The translations under genes and the position numbers were made by a program. From Ranitomeya imitator (Eukaryota), in NCBI RefSeq assembly GCF_032444005.1, contig NC_091289.1:171182001-171246000 (forward strand): a stretch of 64,000 bases of DNA. The letters are read 5' to 3'. The stretch's first letter is position 1; each line of letters begins with the position of its first letter. Positions 1-11,205 of this stretch are shown piece after piece. The notes under the pieces are model-generated. The model did not search any database. It worked only from the letters and a program-made list of their open reading frames with translations, and was not told where the DNA came from.

Positions 1-195
1 CACGTCCTTTTTGAAGAAATTGTAGAATAGTGGAGACGGGAATTTCACTAGATAACGCCGATGGATAGAGATTTAGAAATTTCTTCCACACTCTCACATA
101 TATGTCAGTAGTGGATCTTTTTCTACTTGTCAACAAGGTATTAATTACACTATTGGAGAAGCCTCTTAGTTTTAACAGCTGCCTCTCAAATTCCA
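1..195 (-). CDS. DIRS1 tyrosine recombinase N-terminus (continues beyond the window)
   Basis: My translation of a frame overlapping the methyltransferase stop reads LEFERQLLKLRGFSNSVINTLLTSRKRSTTDIYVRVWKKFLNLY...ILQFLQKGR, which resembles the start of DIRS1 recombinases. Confidence 0.8.
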
Positions 196-885
196 GGCTG
201 TCAACCTTAGTCCCTTCACATGAGGGTGGTTCAAGGGCCCCTGGGAAAGAAGACTCTGATCCTCCGGGAGGATCCACGGATCCGAGATGGACATGGCTCT
301 GAGCAGGGAAAACCATGGTCTTTTTGGCCAAAATGGGGCAATCAGGATTATATTTGCCCGGTCCTCCCTTATCTTCCTGATTACTGTTGGTAGAAGAATC
401 AGAGGAGGAAAAGCGTATGCTTTCTGAAATGTCCAAGGAGTCTGAAGGGCATCGAGAATGTCGGGATTGTCGGCCCGGAACATTGAAGCGAATCTTTTTA
501 GTTGTCGGTTTTGTCTTGTGGCGAAGAGATCTATCTCGGGTGTACCCCATTTCATAGTTATCATTTTGAAAATTTGATGATTTAGGACCCACTCCCCTTG
601 GTGGAGGGTATGACGACTGAGGAAGTCTGCTCTTGAGTTGTCCACTCCTCTGACATGTAGCGCTGACAGGGACAGAAGATGTTCTTCGGCTATGGTTAGA
701 ATGTCTTCGGTTATAGACATGAGCGTTCCTGATCTTGTTCCTCCTTGATGATTGATATAGGCGACTGATGTCATGTTGTCGGACAGAATTCTGGTATGTG
801 TCCCGTGTAGCTGCGGAAGGAATTCACATAGAGCATGATAGATAGCTTTTAGCTCTCTTATATTGGAAGAGTCGTCTGACTCCAT
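172..885 (-). CDS. DIRS1 RNase H C-terminus plus DNA N6-adenine methyltransferase-like domain
   Basis: NIRELKAI...ILSDNMTSVAYINHQGGTRS...HVRGVDNSRADFLSR (RNase H), then GEWVL...WGTPEIDLFATRQN...AYAFPP...LIAPFWPKRPW (DIRS methyltransferase domain). Confidence 0.9.
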   Translation of the reverse strand: MESDDSSNIRELKAIYHALCEFLPQLHGTHTRILSDNMTSVAYINHQGGTRSGTLMSITEDILTIAEEHLLSLSALHVRGVDNSRADFLSRHTLHQGEWVLNHQIFKMITMKWGTPEIDLFATRQNRQLKRFASMFRADNPDILDALQTPWTFQKAYAFPPLILLPTVIRKIREDRANIILIAPFWPKRPWFSLLRAMSISDPWILPEDQSLLSQGPLNHPHVKGLRLTAWNLRGSC

Positions 886-1110
886 GACTGACCATAATCC
901 TTGGACTAAATGGTCTTTTAAATGTGCGCCCCAGCCAGTAGGACTGGCATCAGTATATGTTATATTTGAGGGTTTAACTACCCAGGGGACTCCACTGACC
1001 AGGTTTTTTGGATCTAGCCACCATATCAGAGATTGGATTACTTTATTAGAAAGGGAAATTTTAATATTTAAATGACCATGAGATCTTTCTTCTTCATGTA
1101 AAATTGCATA

Positions 1111-2115
1111 CTATAAATGCCTCGAGTGAAATTGGGCCCATGGAACCGCTGGAATACATGACGTGAAGGAGCCAAGAAGGGACATGCCTTCTCTCAAAGA
1201 AATTAGGGATTTATCTATTACCGACTGAACTTTATTCCTAACCGTTATCTGTTTATTTTCCGGAAGGAAACATTTCTGGCTTGTAGAATCTAATATAATC
1301 CCCAGGAAAATTTGCCGAGTTGTTGGGATAAGTCTAGATTTTTCCCAGTTTATTATCCAACCCAATCTTTGCAGAGATGCTATCATATCACACAACCGTT
1401 GTTGACATTGCGAAGGAGAATTTCCTACTACTAAGATGTCATCTAAGTAGGGAATTACGAGAGTGTCTTTTAGTCTTAGATATGACATTACCTCCGCCAT
1501 TAGTTTAGTGAATACTCTTGGGGCTATAGATAGCCCAAAAGGCACTGCAGTATACTGAGAGTGTCGGACACACCCATTCAATACAATCGCTACCCGTAGA
1601 TATTGTTGATGCTCTGCAAAATTAGGTAGATGGTAATACGCATCTTTAAGGTCGAGAACTGTCATAAAGCAATAGGGAAACAGGAGTTTAATGGTGGACT
1701 GGATAGACTCCATCTTAAAGGTTTGATTTTCTAGGTAGATGTTTAATTTTTTAAGATTAATAATAGTTCTGAATGTCCCATCTGGTTTAGGGATTAAAAA
1801 TAACGGGGAATAGAATCCCTTTCCCTCCTGTAGGAATGGAACCTCCACCAAGACTCCCTTAGCTAGGAGATTTATTACCTCCTGCTCCAATGCCTCTTGT
1901 TGTAACTGAGACTTTAATGAAGTCAATAGAAATGAGTCCGGAGGGACTCGGGAAAATTTTAATTGTAACCCAGAGGTAATAAGGTTATTTGCCCAAATAT
2001 TTGTTGTTATGGCCCGCCATTGATTAGCGAAGGAGGACAATCTGCCTCCCACAGGTAGATCTGTCCTAACGGGGTTTTTCTTCAAACTTGAAAGGGTGCT
2101 TCCCAAAGAACGCAC
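1111..2115 (-). CDS. DIRS1 reverse transcriptase; frameshifted before the RNase H part
   Basis: Motifs YSPLFLIPKPDGTFRTIINLKKLN, LDLKDAYYH, PFGLSIAPRVFTK and YLDD. Confidence 0.93.
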   Translation of the reverse strand: MRSLGSTLSSLKKNPVRTDLPVGGRLSSFANQWRAITTNIWANNLITSGLQLKFSRVPPDSFLLTSLKSQLQQEALEQEVINLLAKGVLVEVPFLQEGKGFYSPLFLIPKPDGTFRTIINLKKLNIYLENQTFKMESIQSTIKLLFPYCFMTVLDLKDAYYHLPNFAEHQQYLRVAIVLNGCVRHSQYTAVPFGLSIAPRVFTKLMAEVMSYLRLKDTLVIPYLDDILVVGNSPSQCQQRLCDMIASLQRLGWIINWEKSRLIPTTRQIFLGIILDSTSQKCFLPENKQITVRNKVQSVIDKSLISLREGMSLLGSFTSCIPAVPWAQFHSRHL

Positions 2116-3299
2116 CCCTTTTGTTTTGTGTCTCTTGTGGCCCAGCGATCCTGGTTCTTAAACTCCTTCCTTTTATTAAATGCGGGCTTTCGGAACTCTC
2201 TCCTATAAAATGGAACGTAATTATTACTATTTGGAAAGCCTTTCTTCCTTTCCCCTGCTTTAGTTAAGATCTCATCCAGTTTGGTACCAAACAGGTACTC
2301 ACCCTGACATGGGAGGCTGCATAACTTAGACTTGGTCTGAGGGTCACCTTTCCAGCCCTTAAGCCATAGGGCCCTACGTGCTGCATTGGTTAATCCTGCT
2401 GACTTGGCTGCCAGGCGTATAGAGTCGGCAGATGAGTCCGCTAGAAAAGCTGTGGCACCTCTAATTAGGGGTATAGAGGACAATAATTTTTCTCGAGAGA
2501 GACCTCCTTTCAGCCCTTCTTCCAAGTCACTCAGCCAAAACAGCATGGATCTTGCGGTGCATGTGGATGAGATTGCCAGTTTAAAAGCCCCTGCAGAAGT
2601 CTCCCATGCTCTTTTAAGGAGCGAATCGGCTTTGCGATCTAGAGGATCTTGTAACGAGCCTGAATCCTCTACAGGCAGTAAGGATTTCTTTGATGTAGAC
2701 GCCACAGCTGCGTCTACTTTTGGGGCTTTTGACCATGTTGTGAATTCTTCATCATTAAAGGGGTAGCGTCTCTTTGAGGATGGTGGTAACCCCCTCTGCC
2801 CCTGGCTTTCCCACTCTTTTTTGATCAAAGTTTTTACTGCCGTTATTACCGGAAAAGAGGGTCTCTTCTTTTCGGATAGGCCAGCAAACATAATGTCTTG
2901 CTGTGTTTTAGGGACTTTAAGATCTTCTATGCCCATGGTATTGCAAACTGATCTCACCAGATTGTCAATGCTATCTGTGGGGAAGCACGTATCCTGATCC
3001 TCATCTGAGGATATCTCCTGCTGCGAGCTATCTGAGTTTGCTTCCTCTAACTCAGAGGCCTGATCGGATACAGGTGAAACGTATCCTCTTTTCTCCTTAA
3101 TACGTGGCTCTTTGTCAACGCTTTGTAGGGCTCGTAATTCTTCCCTAATCATGGCCCTTATATCCTCTGATTTAACTGAGGCTTCCTCACGTAACGTTGA
3201 TTTTATACATTAATCACACAGCCTTTTAGTGTAACTATCCGGAAGGGGCTGGACACATAACGCACACTGCTTGTGTTTTGCTTTTTCCTTCCTTTTTGC
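2082..3299 (-). CDS. DIRS1 ORF1 (gag-like), with one premature stop in the N-terminal Cys-rich part
   Basis: 356-aa ORF 2082-3152 has the motifs (PKVDAAV, DPLDRKAD, RRALWLKGW, LFGTKLDE) typical of vertebrate DIRS1 gag. The same frame extends upstream as KHKQCALC...KRLCD*C. Confidence 0.8.
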
Positions 3300-4134
3300 C
3301 TATTATAAAGGGAGAGGGACAATAATCAGACTAGTGGGGTAGATGCACACTCACCCAGAAGCTGACCGATCAGGTACCGGCTGAGGAGGAGACACAGATG
3401 CAGGTGGCTTCCTTTTGGACGATCCGCTCTGCCTAGAGCGGCTGCTGCTGCTGGCATGGCTGCGAGGGGTGACGGTGGTAACCTCTAGAGAAGGTACCGC
3501 AGGCTCTCTTGCAGAATCCATTCTGGACGCCGGGATGCAGCGCCGGCGTCCTTTTCACATGGGGGCCGCCATGTTCTTCCTGTTGAACCCGGAAGTGCTA
3601 ACCACTTCCGGGTCGCGGCCATATTGGATACTCCGGCGCTGTTACCGGCTTCAGCGCCGGCGTCGTCTCACTCCTCCCGCACCCCGGAAGCTTACCAGCA
3701 CTTCCGGGGGCATGCACTGGGCTCCACACCGCACAGGCGTCCGCCGAGGACGGCGCGACGCTACCACCTGGTGCTTGCCCCGCAGACCGCCGGACATCTG
3801 CCGCGAACCGGCTCCCACGACCCGGTCTCGCGACGTCTGCCAGCAGAGGGGGGAAAACTGAGTCAGCACCCCCGACGCTGCATCCAGTCCTGGAGCCCTT
3901 GCCGTCCTCACAGGTAAACTGCGCAAGCGGCGTCCAGGCTGGGAATCCTCTTCTCCATGGATCTTCCCGTAGGAACAGGAAACCAAACTGTGGGAGCGAG
4001 GGGGACCGCCCCTTTTATCTCTCCGTAGGGTTTCCTGTTCCTATGGGCGGATCCCCTCTCTCAGTGGGTGCTGTCGTGGCGAAGAGAAAATGAAGAATTA
4101 AACTCAAAGATATTGTTAAACAGGATAAAGTTAA

Positions 4135-4846
4135 GGTACCTTCACACTGAACGATATCGCTAGCGATCCGTGACGTTGCAGCGTCCTGGCTAGCGATATC
4201 GTTCAGTTTGACAGGCAGCAGCGATCTGGATCCTGCTGTGATGTCGTTGGTCGCTGCAGAAAGTCCAGAACTTTATTTCGTCGCTGGACTTCCTGCAGAC
4301 ATCGCTGAATCGGCGTGTGTGACGCCGATTCAGCGATGTCTTCACTGGTAACCAGGGTAAACATCGGGTTACTAAGCGCAGGGCCCGCTTAGTAACCCGA
4401 TGTTTACCCTGGTTACCAGCGTAAACGTAAAAAAAACAAACACTACATACTTACCTTCTGCTGTCTGTCCCCGGCACTGTGCTTCTCTGCACTGGCTGTG
4501 AGCGCCGGCCAGCCGGAAAGCAGAGCGGTGACGTCACCGCTGTGCTTTCCGGCCGCTGTGCTCACAGTCAGTGCAGGAAGCTGAGCGCCGGGGACAGACA
4601 GCGGAATGTAAGTATGTAGTGTTTGTTTTTTTTACGTTTACGCTGGTAACCAGGGTAAACATCGGGTTACTAAGCGCGGCCCTGCGCTTAGTAACCCGAT
4701 GTTTACCCTGGTTACCAGGGGACTTTGGGATCGTTGGTCGCTGGAGAGCTGTCTGTGTGACAGCTCTCCAGCGACCAAACAGCGGCGCTGCAGCGATCGA
4801 CATCGTTGTCGGTATCGCTGCAGCGTCGCTGAGTGTGAAGGTACCT
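4135..4846. mobile_element. Non-autonomous DNA transposon (MITE), T2/Kolobok-like; related copy at 35007-35730
   Basis: Terminal inverted repeats (ggtaccttcacact...agtgtgaaggtacc), TTAA at the flanks, internal inverted repeats, no ORF. Confidence 0.85.
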
Positions 4847-4942
4847 TTAATATCCTCAAGCAGAAAGTTGCGATGGTGTGCCGGCATAGGATGGAACTTA
4901 AGTAAATATTACTAAGCAGCTTCCAGGCCTTACTCATGGGGG

Positions 4943-5296
4943 AAAAACGAAGAAAAAGATTGGAGCGCACTTACCCAGGTAAAATAGTCACCACTTTATT
5001 AGGACTTTGTACAAAAAGCAGGGAAGGGAGTGGATAAAGATCGGACTTTATCCACTCCCTTCCCTGCTTTTTGTACAAAGTCCTAATAAAGTGGTGACTA
5101 TTTTACCTGGGTAAGTGCGCTCCAATCTTTTTCTTCATTTTTCCTTTATGAACTCTGTATGCTTTTGTTGGATGCAGCACCCCGTTGGTAATGAAAAGGA
5201 AATTATCAGCCATATACGCCCTTTGCATGTGGTTTTTGCTGTTGTGCACATTGGGGTCAGATTTTCGGGGCAGTGCGGAAGTAGAACTTTCTTTTA
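4943..5296. mobile_element. Small retroposed insertion with a 91-bp perfect hairpin and a 15-bp target-site duplication
   Basis: ccttactcatggggg occurs at 4928-4942 and 5297-5311. Arms are 4949-5039 and 5046-5136 with a 6-nt loop. Confidence 0.8.
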
Positions 5297-5798
5297 CCTT
5301 ACTCATGGGGGATACTGCAGTGCACAGCTGTGAGAAAGCATACAATACCCCCGGTCTCCGAACCAAGGGACCCCAGTTTATTAATCACTAGGGTGCACAC
5401 TGTTTTTTTCTATTTCCAAAACTCCCAGTTATTCATTAAAGGGGTATTCCAACCACAGGAAATGTATGCGCTATCCATAGCCCATATCTGGAGCCCCACC
5501 AATCAGAACTAGGTTTCTCTGATACCTGCTCAGCAATCTATACATGTCCATTGCTGAAATACACCATGAATGTCAATTATAGGAATTTCTCTTTAAAGCC
5601 ATGGACCAATCTGAGATCAGGATTACTACTTCTTTTAGTTGGAGAATATCGCTTACTGATTTGTATGCTTTGTGTCAATCCCTTTAATGTCACTACTCCA
5701 TTCACACATTGCAATGTATAATCTGACAGTGCTGTGGAAGCCTTGGCACGATACTGTCAAAATGAAATCTTTAAGACTCAGGCTAATATCTGTTATTA

Positions 5799-6065
5799 CT
5801 AGTGATGAGCGAACGTGCTTAGGTAAGGTGTTATCTGAGCATGCTCGGGTGCTAACCAAGTGTCTTCGATATGCTCGAAAAATAAGTTTGAATCGTCAGC
5901 TGTAACACATGCAGGGATTTCCTGTTTGTAAGGTAATCCCTGCATGTGTTGCAGCTGTCGAAAAGCCACGGCGACTCGAAAGTAGTATTCGAGCACACCA
6001 AAGACACGTGGTTACCACGCAAGCATGCTCGGATAGCACCTTATCTGAGCACATTCGCTCACTAG
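5799..6065. mobile_element. MITE
   Basis: Inverted ends ctagtgatgagcgaa / ttcgctcactag and a palindromic interior. Confidence 0.75.
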
Positions 6066-6072
6066 TCATTAC

Positions 6073-6221
6073 CTCTGTTTTATCAGAATCTTCTACGAGA
6101 TCATCTTCTTCTTCTCTGGATCGGTGTCCCTGCTGGTCACCTGGAGTCTCCTCTGGATCACCGATACTAACAGTAGTGGCGTCAGGGTTTGCAGCTAATA
6201 GATTAGTTGCATCGTCAAATT
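6073..6221 (-). CDS. YIPF1: YIPF1 second coding exon
   Basis: AG acceptor and GTAATG donor. 149 nt encoding (E)FDDATNLLAANPDATTVSIGDPEETPG...EDSDKTE, which matches the vertebrate YIPF1 N-terminus; phase fits the preceding exon. Confidence 0.93.
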
Positions 6222-6845
6222 CTTAAATAAAAAGAGAGAAGAAAATCAATTAAAAGAATAAATAAATGTAGATTTGGTAATAATTTTATATACAAACAAA
6301 TAAAAGTCCATTCTAACTTCTGTTATGCAGCTTTGTACAGTGAATATAAAACTAAAATAATGTGGTTGCATAAGTCTGAACACCCTCTTATAATTAGGGA
6401 TGAGTTTCTGTTCAGAATTAGCCAACCACATTGCACTCATGTTACGTAGTAGTCCGTGAACGGCTGCATCATTTACAAAGATTCAGGTTAAATCCATATT
6501 AAGTTTAGAAGTTCTACAAGGATTTTCCTGACATTTTCTTAGTTGCATTTTACAGCAAACGCCATGGTCCGAAAACAGCTTACAACACAGCAAAGGGATC
6601 TCATTATTGAACGTCATCAGTCAGGAGAAGGGTACAATAAAAACTTTGAGGAGTTAAAACAGCAGACAGACTCCCTTTAAGCCTCTAGTACCCCATAGTT
6701 GATCCCATTTATCTTGTTTAGCGTTAGCTGTATGCTAATTAAGCGGAGCCAAAAAGCTGCTGTAAACTGTGACTGCAGCTTAGCTGTACAGTAGGAATAA
6801 GAACGTTTCATCAGTTGCTGCTCCTTTATTCCTTCTTTTGCTTAA

Positions 6846-7173
6846 AGGGACTCTGTCACCTGAATTTGGCGGGACTGGTTTTGGGTCATATGGGCGGAGT
6901 TTTCAGGTGTTTGATTCACCCTTTCCTTACCCGCTGGCTGCATGCTGGCTGCAATATTGGATTGAAGTTCATTCTCTGTCCTCCATAGTACATGCCTGCA
7001 CAAGGCAAGATTGCTTTGTGCAGGCGTATACTATTGAGGACAGAAAATGAACTTCAATCCAATATTGCAGCCAGCATGCAGCCAGCGGGTAAGGAAAGGG
7101 TGAATCAAACACCCGAAAACTCCGCCCATATGACCCAAAACCAGTCCCGCCAAATTCAGGTGACAGGTTCCCT
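6846..7173. mobile_element. Kolobok/T2-like palindromic MITE
   Basis: TTAA on both sides, ends agggactctgtcacc / ggtgacaggttccct, and near-complete self-complementarity. Confidence 0.85.
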
Positions 7174-7847
7174 TTAAGGCTGGGATGTATACAGCCATAT
7201 ACAGACAACAATGTCTGAACTGACTATGGGTCTCCTCCAAGCTTTCAACCTCGTTTTATGCCTATCCGGGCACACTCACACCGCCATATACATCGGACCC
7301 GTGCTAATCAATTTTTTAATCGAATAGGACTCAGACCAATGTTATTCAATGGAGTATTGTTGATGCCCAATTTTTTTTTCAGTAACAGAATCTGTCAGTG
7401 AAAACAAATCTCAGTATGCTATGAGTTCATTTTACAATCGGAAGACACTTACCCTTTCAAGTCTATGGGTGCATGGAAAATATCGGACTGCACTCAGATG
7501 ACAGCAGAGTGCAGTCTGATTTCCACAGACTCACAGAATGGAAAAGATGGAGAAATGTTGTTCTTCATCTTCTCCTCACAGTGTGCTCCAATTCTCTCAT
7601 CCAAGAGATAACAGTGTAATCAGTATCATTAGCATAATTGGTCCGATTCTCTCGGATCGTGGACTCTATGGCCGTTTGAGCGAAGCATGAGGCGGTAAAT
7701 TTGGGTCAGGAGACCCTCTGTCAGTCCAGGCATTGTGGTTAGCGAAATATGGTGGTCTGAATCCTGCCTTTGGCCACGTTTACATGTTCAGTATCGGGGG
7801 GGGGGGGGGGGGGGAAGTTTGTGAGTTTCTGGAACGTGTTGTCTTAC

Positions 7848-7878
7848 CTTGAAACTTGAGGTCATCTCGGGCCTCCAT
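7848..7878 (-). CDS. YIPF1: YIPF1 first coding segment (exon 7848-7896, ATG at 7878)
   Basis: Encodes MEARDDLKFQ+G (human MAAVDDLQFE). GTAAG donor at 7843-7847 and AG acceptor at 7897-7898. Confidence 0.88.
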
Positions 7879-8195
7879 TCATTCACTTTGTTGAACCTAC
7901 AATAACGAAAACAGTAATAGGACTGTCGTTATCACTCACACGTTGTCACGTCTCATTGCTTTCCTGCCTATGGACTCGTTCACATGAGCAGATTTGCAGC
8001 CTGAAAGAACTCAGACCAGTTGTTTTTTCACTGACTGACTAGTGCACTAGCTTCTTCTGTATATCTGACACTCCCCCATTCAAGTCTATGGGTGCACAAA
8101 TAAAAAAAAATCTGATCCTGTACGGAGGAATGGTATAGCATCCAGTATTTATGGACACATTGCAATTCTGTAACATAGGAAACAAAACAGTCTAA

Positions 8196-8706
8196 GGCTG
8201 GATTCACATCACAGCGTTTGATCAGCATGCGCCATGCGTCCATATATATAACATGGTGTACGCATGGACATGTGTTTGCTTGCTTTTGTGTACGCATGCG
8301 TTGTTTCGCGGTGTGCGGCTGGGCTCGGCAAAGGCAACATGTTGCATTTTTGGAGGCGTCAAATATGCACAGGCATGCGCACGTGGATGAGAGCGTTAAA
8401 ACAAAACCATTGCGGTCTATGGGAACGCATGCGTACGCAAGGACGTGTACGCATGCGTTCGATGCGCTCGTGTACTTCGGACTACGCATGTCCAGGAACA
8501 TGTCCATTGAGACACTTGTTCCCTCCTGGAAATATCAAACGCATGCGCATAAACAACACAAACGCAAGCAAAAACGCATGCACATGCAGCGGTTTTTTGC
8601 CGTAATGCAGATGCGGATAAAAAACACTGCGTCTGCATGCGTTTTGGCATCCGTTTGCGCATGCAGATGATGCGCTCCGTACATATACGCAAATGTGAAC
8701 TTAGCC
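8196..8706. mobile_element. Harbinger-like MITE
   Basis: Ends ggctggattcacat / atgtgaacttagcc flanked by TAA/TTA; interior rich in gcatgcg. Confidence 0.7.
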
Positions 8707-9370
8707 TTATAAATGATTAATGGCTGCTGCTTTAAAAAAAACGGATTGTATACGGAGGACAAGTGAGAAAAGAAATAGTCAGGTTTCTGGATGGTGAGTG
8801 CTGGTTGTTTTATTTATATTACATTACCTGCTGTTATACATTAAGAAATGTAAATAAATAAAAATTATTAAGAAATGGACAATTCCTTTAAGAGTTTTCC
8901 CAAAATTGCAGGTTATCCTTCATCCATAGGACAGGGGATGACTGGCTGATTGCTGAGGGTCTGACTAGTAGGATCTCATGAGAAGGGGATAAAATTGTGA
9001 ATTTGGCAAACTGTTCCGGAATGTGGGAGTCGCTGGTTGACAGAAAGTCCAAACTTGTCCTGCCTGGTGCTGCAATATAATTCCTGACTGCAAACTACAA
9101 CTCCCAGCATGCCCTGACAGCCTGGTCGGGGAAGGCATGCTGGGAGCTGTGGTTTCTAGCCTGGAGATTTCCAATTCTACCACTTGCAGACACAAAGCCA
9201 TTGCAGCCCACAGACACCAGTGGGGCGTGCTCAGTGACTAGGCACCCACACAGTGCACGGTCTGTAACAAGGCGGCGTCTCCACCGGCTCACACAGCACC
9301 ACAAGTCTCAGCAAGCACTGGTCACATGACTAGGGAGCAGATACATAGAATAGAACACACAGAAGGAGCC

Positions 9371-9560
9371 ACTTACAGTCCAGATCACGTGACGATGCAG
9401 CTGTTGCCGGAAGTCAGCGCGCAATTAATCACGTGGTCTTCCGTATAGCCAATCAGAGCGGTTGTTAGTCTGCCCCGCCTCCCGGAAGTGATAGAAGCCG
9501 GATCTTGGTCACGTGACTGTGAAACCCGGTGGCTGCCACCTCCTGTAGGGAATGTACTAC
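9371..9560 (-). promoter_or_regulatory. YIPF1: Probable YIPF1 promoter and non-coding first exon
   Basis: CpG-rich patch with a GTAAGT donor at 9371-9376 on the minus strand, CCGGAAGT at 9407 and 9482, CCAAT at 9449, a GC box, and three CACGTG E-boxes. Confidence 0.7.
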
Positions 9561-10802
9561 AAGTCCCAGAATCACTGTGCAGAGGAGTATTACTATAGAA
9601 CGGGCTCTGAGTGCGCCGGGAGTCACCCATTAGATATGAAGAGTAATCATAAACATTCACCTCATATAAAAAGTTGTGAGCTCTGAACAAGTCTGTCCAT
9701 AATATTCCTTAGAGGGGTTCAGATATTGTTATGGATTTGGCCACGAAAAAAAAATGATAGAATGTGATTTTTTTTTTAACTTGTTACATGGATTTTGTGT
9801 CTTTGTGTAAATTCACAATGTAAAGTTGCTCCAGTTCAGAATTTACTCTTTGGCTTTGTTCACACTTTGTTTTTCAAGGGTAAAAAAATGCAGCGTTTTC
9901 CAGCCCCAGCAAAGCCAAGGCGATTTCTGAAAGCTCGTTGTGCACACGCTGCTTATTTTTTTTCTTTGCAGATCTGAACCATTAGAACATTTTTGCAAAC
10001 CTGCAGCGTGTCAGTCAGTAAAGCGTTCTTCACCAATTTATATGAACAGGGGGGAAACGGACTCATCAAAGACGCACGACGTTTGTCCTGCTTAATTTTT
10101 GGTGCAGAAAAATCTGCAATAACTCAATGTGTGCGCATGGCATTAGGGAATGTTCACACCAGGATTTTATACAAATCCAAAGTGGTTATTAAGAATCAAA
10201 AATCCATCCCTGTTTTTTTTATTTTCTCCAGCCATATAGCCGTATTAGGGCTTGTTTTTTGTACTTTTGACTAACACCATTGATTTTACCATATAGTGTC
10301 ATGGAAAATAGAAAAAAAAAGTCCAAGTGCTGTGAAATGGCAAAATAAGTGCAATTCCACAAATGTTTTTTTTTTCTTTTATTTACCATGTTCACTATAT
10401 GGTATTCCACGGGTTAGTACGAGAAAGCAGATACCAAATGTATGTATATTTATGTTTTTTATTTAGTGAAAAAAAAATCCGAAATTTGCATGAAAAAAGT
10501 TTTCTCATTGGTCGCCATTTTCCAAGACCTGAAACGTTCTCCTTTGTAGGGATCTACGGTTGGGTGAGGGCTTATTTTTGCCGACATTTTTATTGATACC
10601 ATTTTGAGGTAGATACGATCTTTTCATCGCCTTTTGTTGCATTTTATTGCAATGTTGAGGTGACCAAAAAAGGGGGTGATTTGAACTTTTTATATTTTTC
10701 TTTTAAACTTTTTTTTTTTTTGATGACTTAAGTAGTAGGAGACTTGAAGCTAGAATCGTCCAATCGCCTGTGCTATACATAGCAGTGATTCAGCTTGACT
10801 AA

Positions 10803-11205
10803 GGCTACTTTCACACTAGCGTCGTACGACGCACGACGCAATGCATCGTGGTGACGTACCGACGCATGCTGTGAAAGCGCAGCACACCAGGGGCAGCGGA
10901 TGCAGTTTTCCAACGCATCCGCTGCCCCATTGTGAGCTCCGGGGAGGAGGGGGCAGAGTTCTGGCCGCGCATGCGCGGTCGGAAATGGCGGACTCAACGC
11001 ACCAAAAAACGTTACATGCAACGTTTTTTTGGTGCCGACAGTCCGCTACAACACAATGCAACCGTCGCACGACGGTTGCGACGTGTGGCAATGCGTCGCT
11101 AATACAAGCCTATGGAGAAAAAACGCATCCTGCAGACAACTTTGCAGGATGCGTTTTTTCTGCAAAATGACGCATTGCGACGTGCGTCGTGCGACGCTAG
11201 TAGCC
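10803..11205. mobile_element. Harbinger-like MITE
   Basis: Ends ggctactttcacactagcgtcg / cgacgctagtagcc (right end partly deleted), TAA flanks. Confidence 0.7.

Larger units (their letters stand above)
1..4086 (-). mobile_element. DIRS1-type tyrosine-recombinase retrotransposon, truncated by the window edge, lying in a YIPF1 intron
   Basis: Overlapping minus-strand ORFs in the order gag, RT, RNase H, methyltransferase, recombinase. GC-rich leader at about 3400-4086 with an internal inverted motif (taggaacaggaaacc near 3970 and ggtttcctgttccta near 4030). Confidence 0.93.

Noticed and set aside
3415-4093. GC-rich ORFs on both strands
   Set aside because: They lie in the DIRS1 leader and terminal region; low stop density follows from GC content and no domain is recognisable.
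6800-6830. Minus-strand CTGATGAAACGTT resembling a collapsed hammerhead
   Set aside because: Stem II is absent and no supporting stem I is evident; could be chance.
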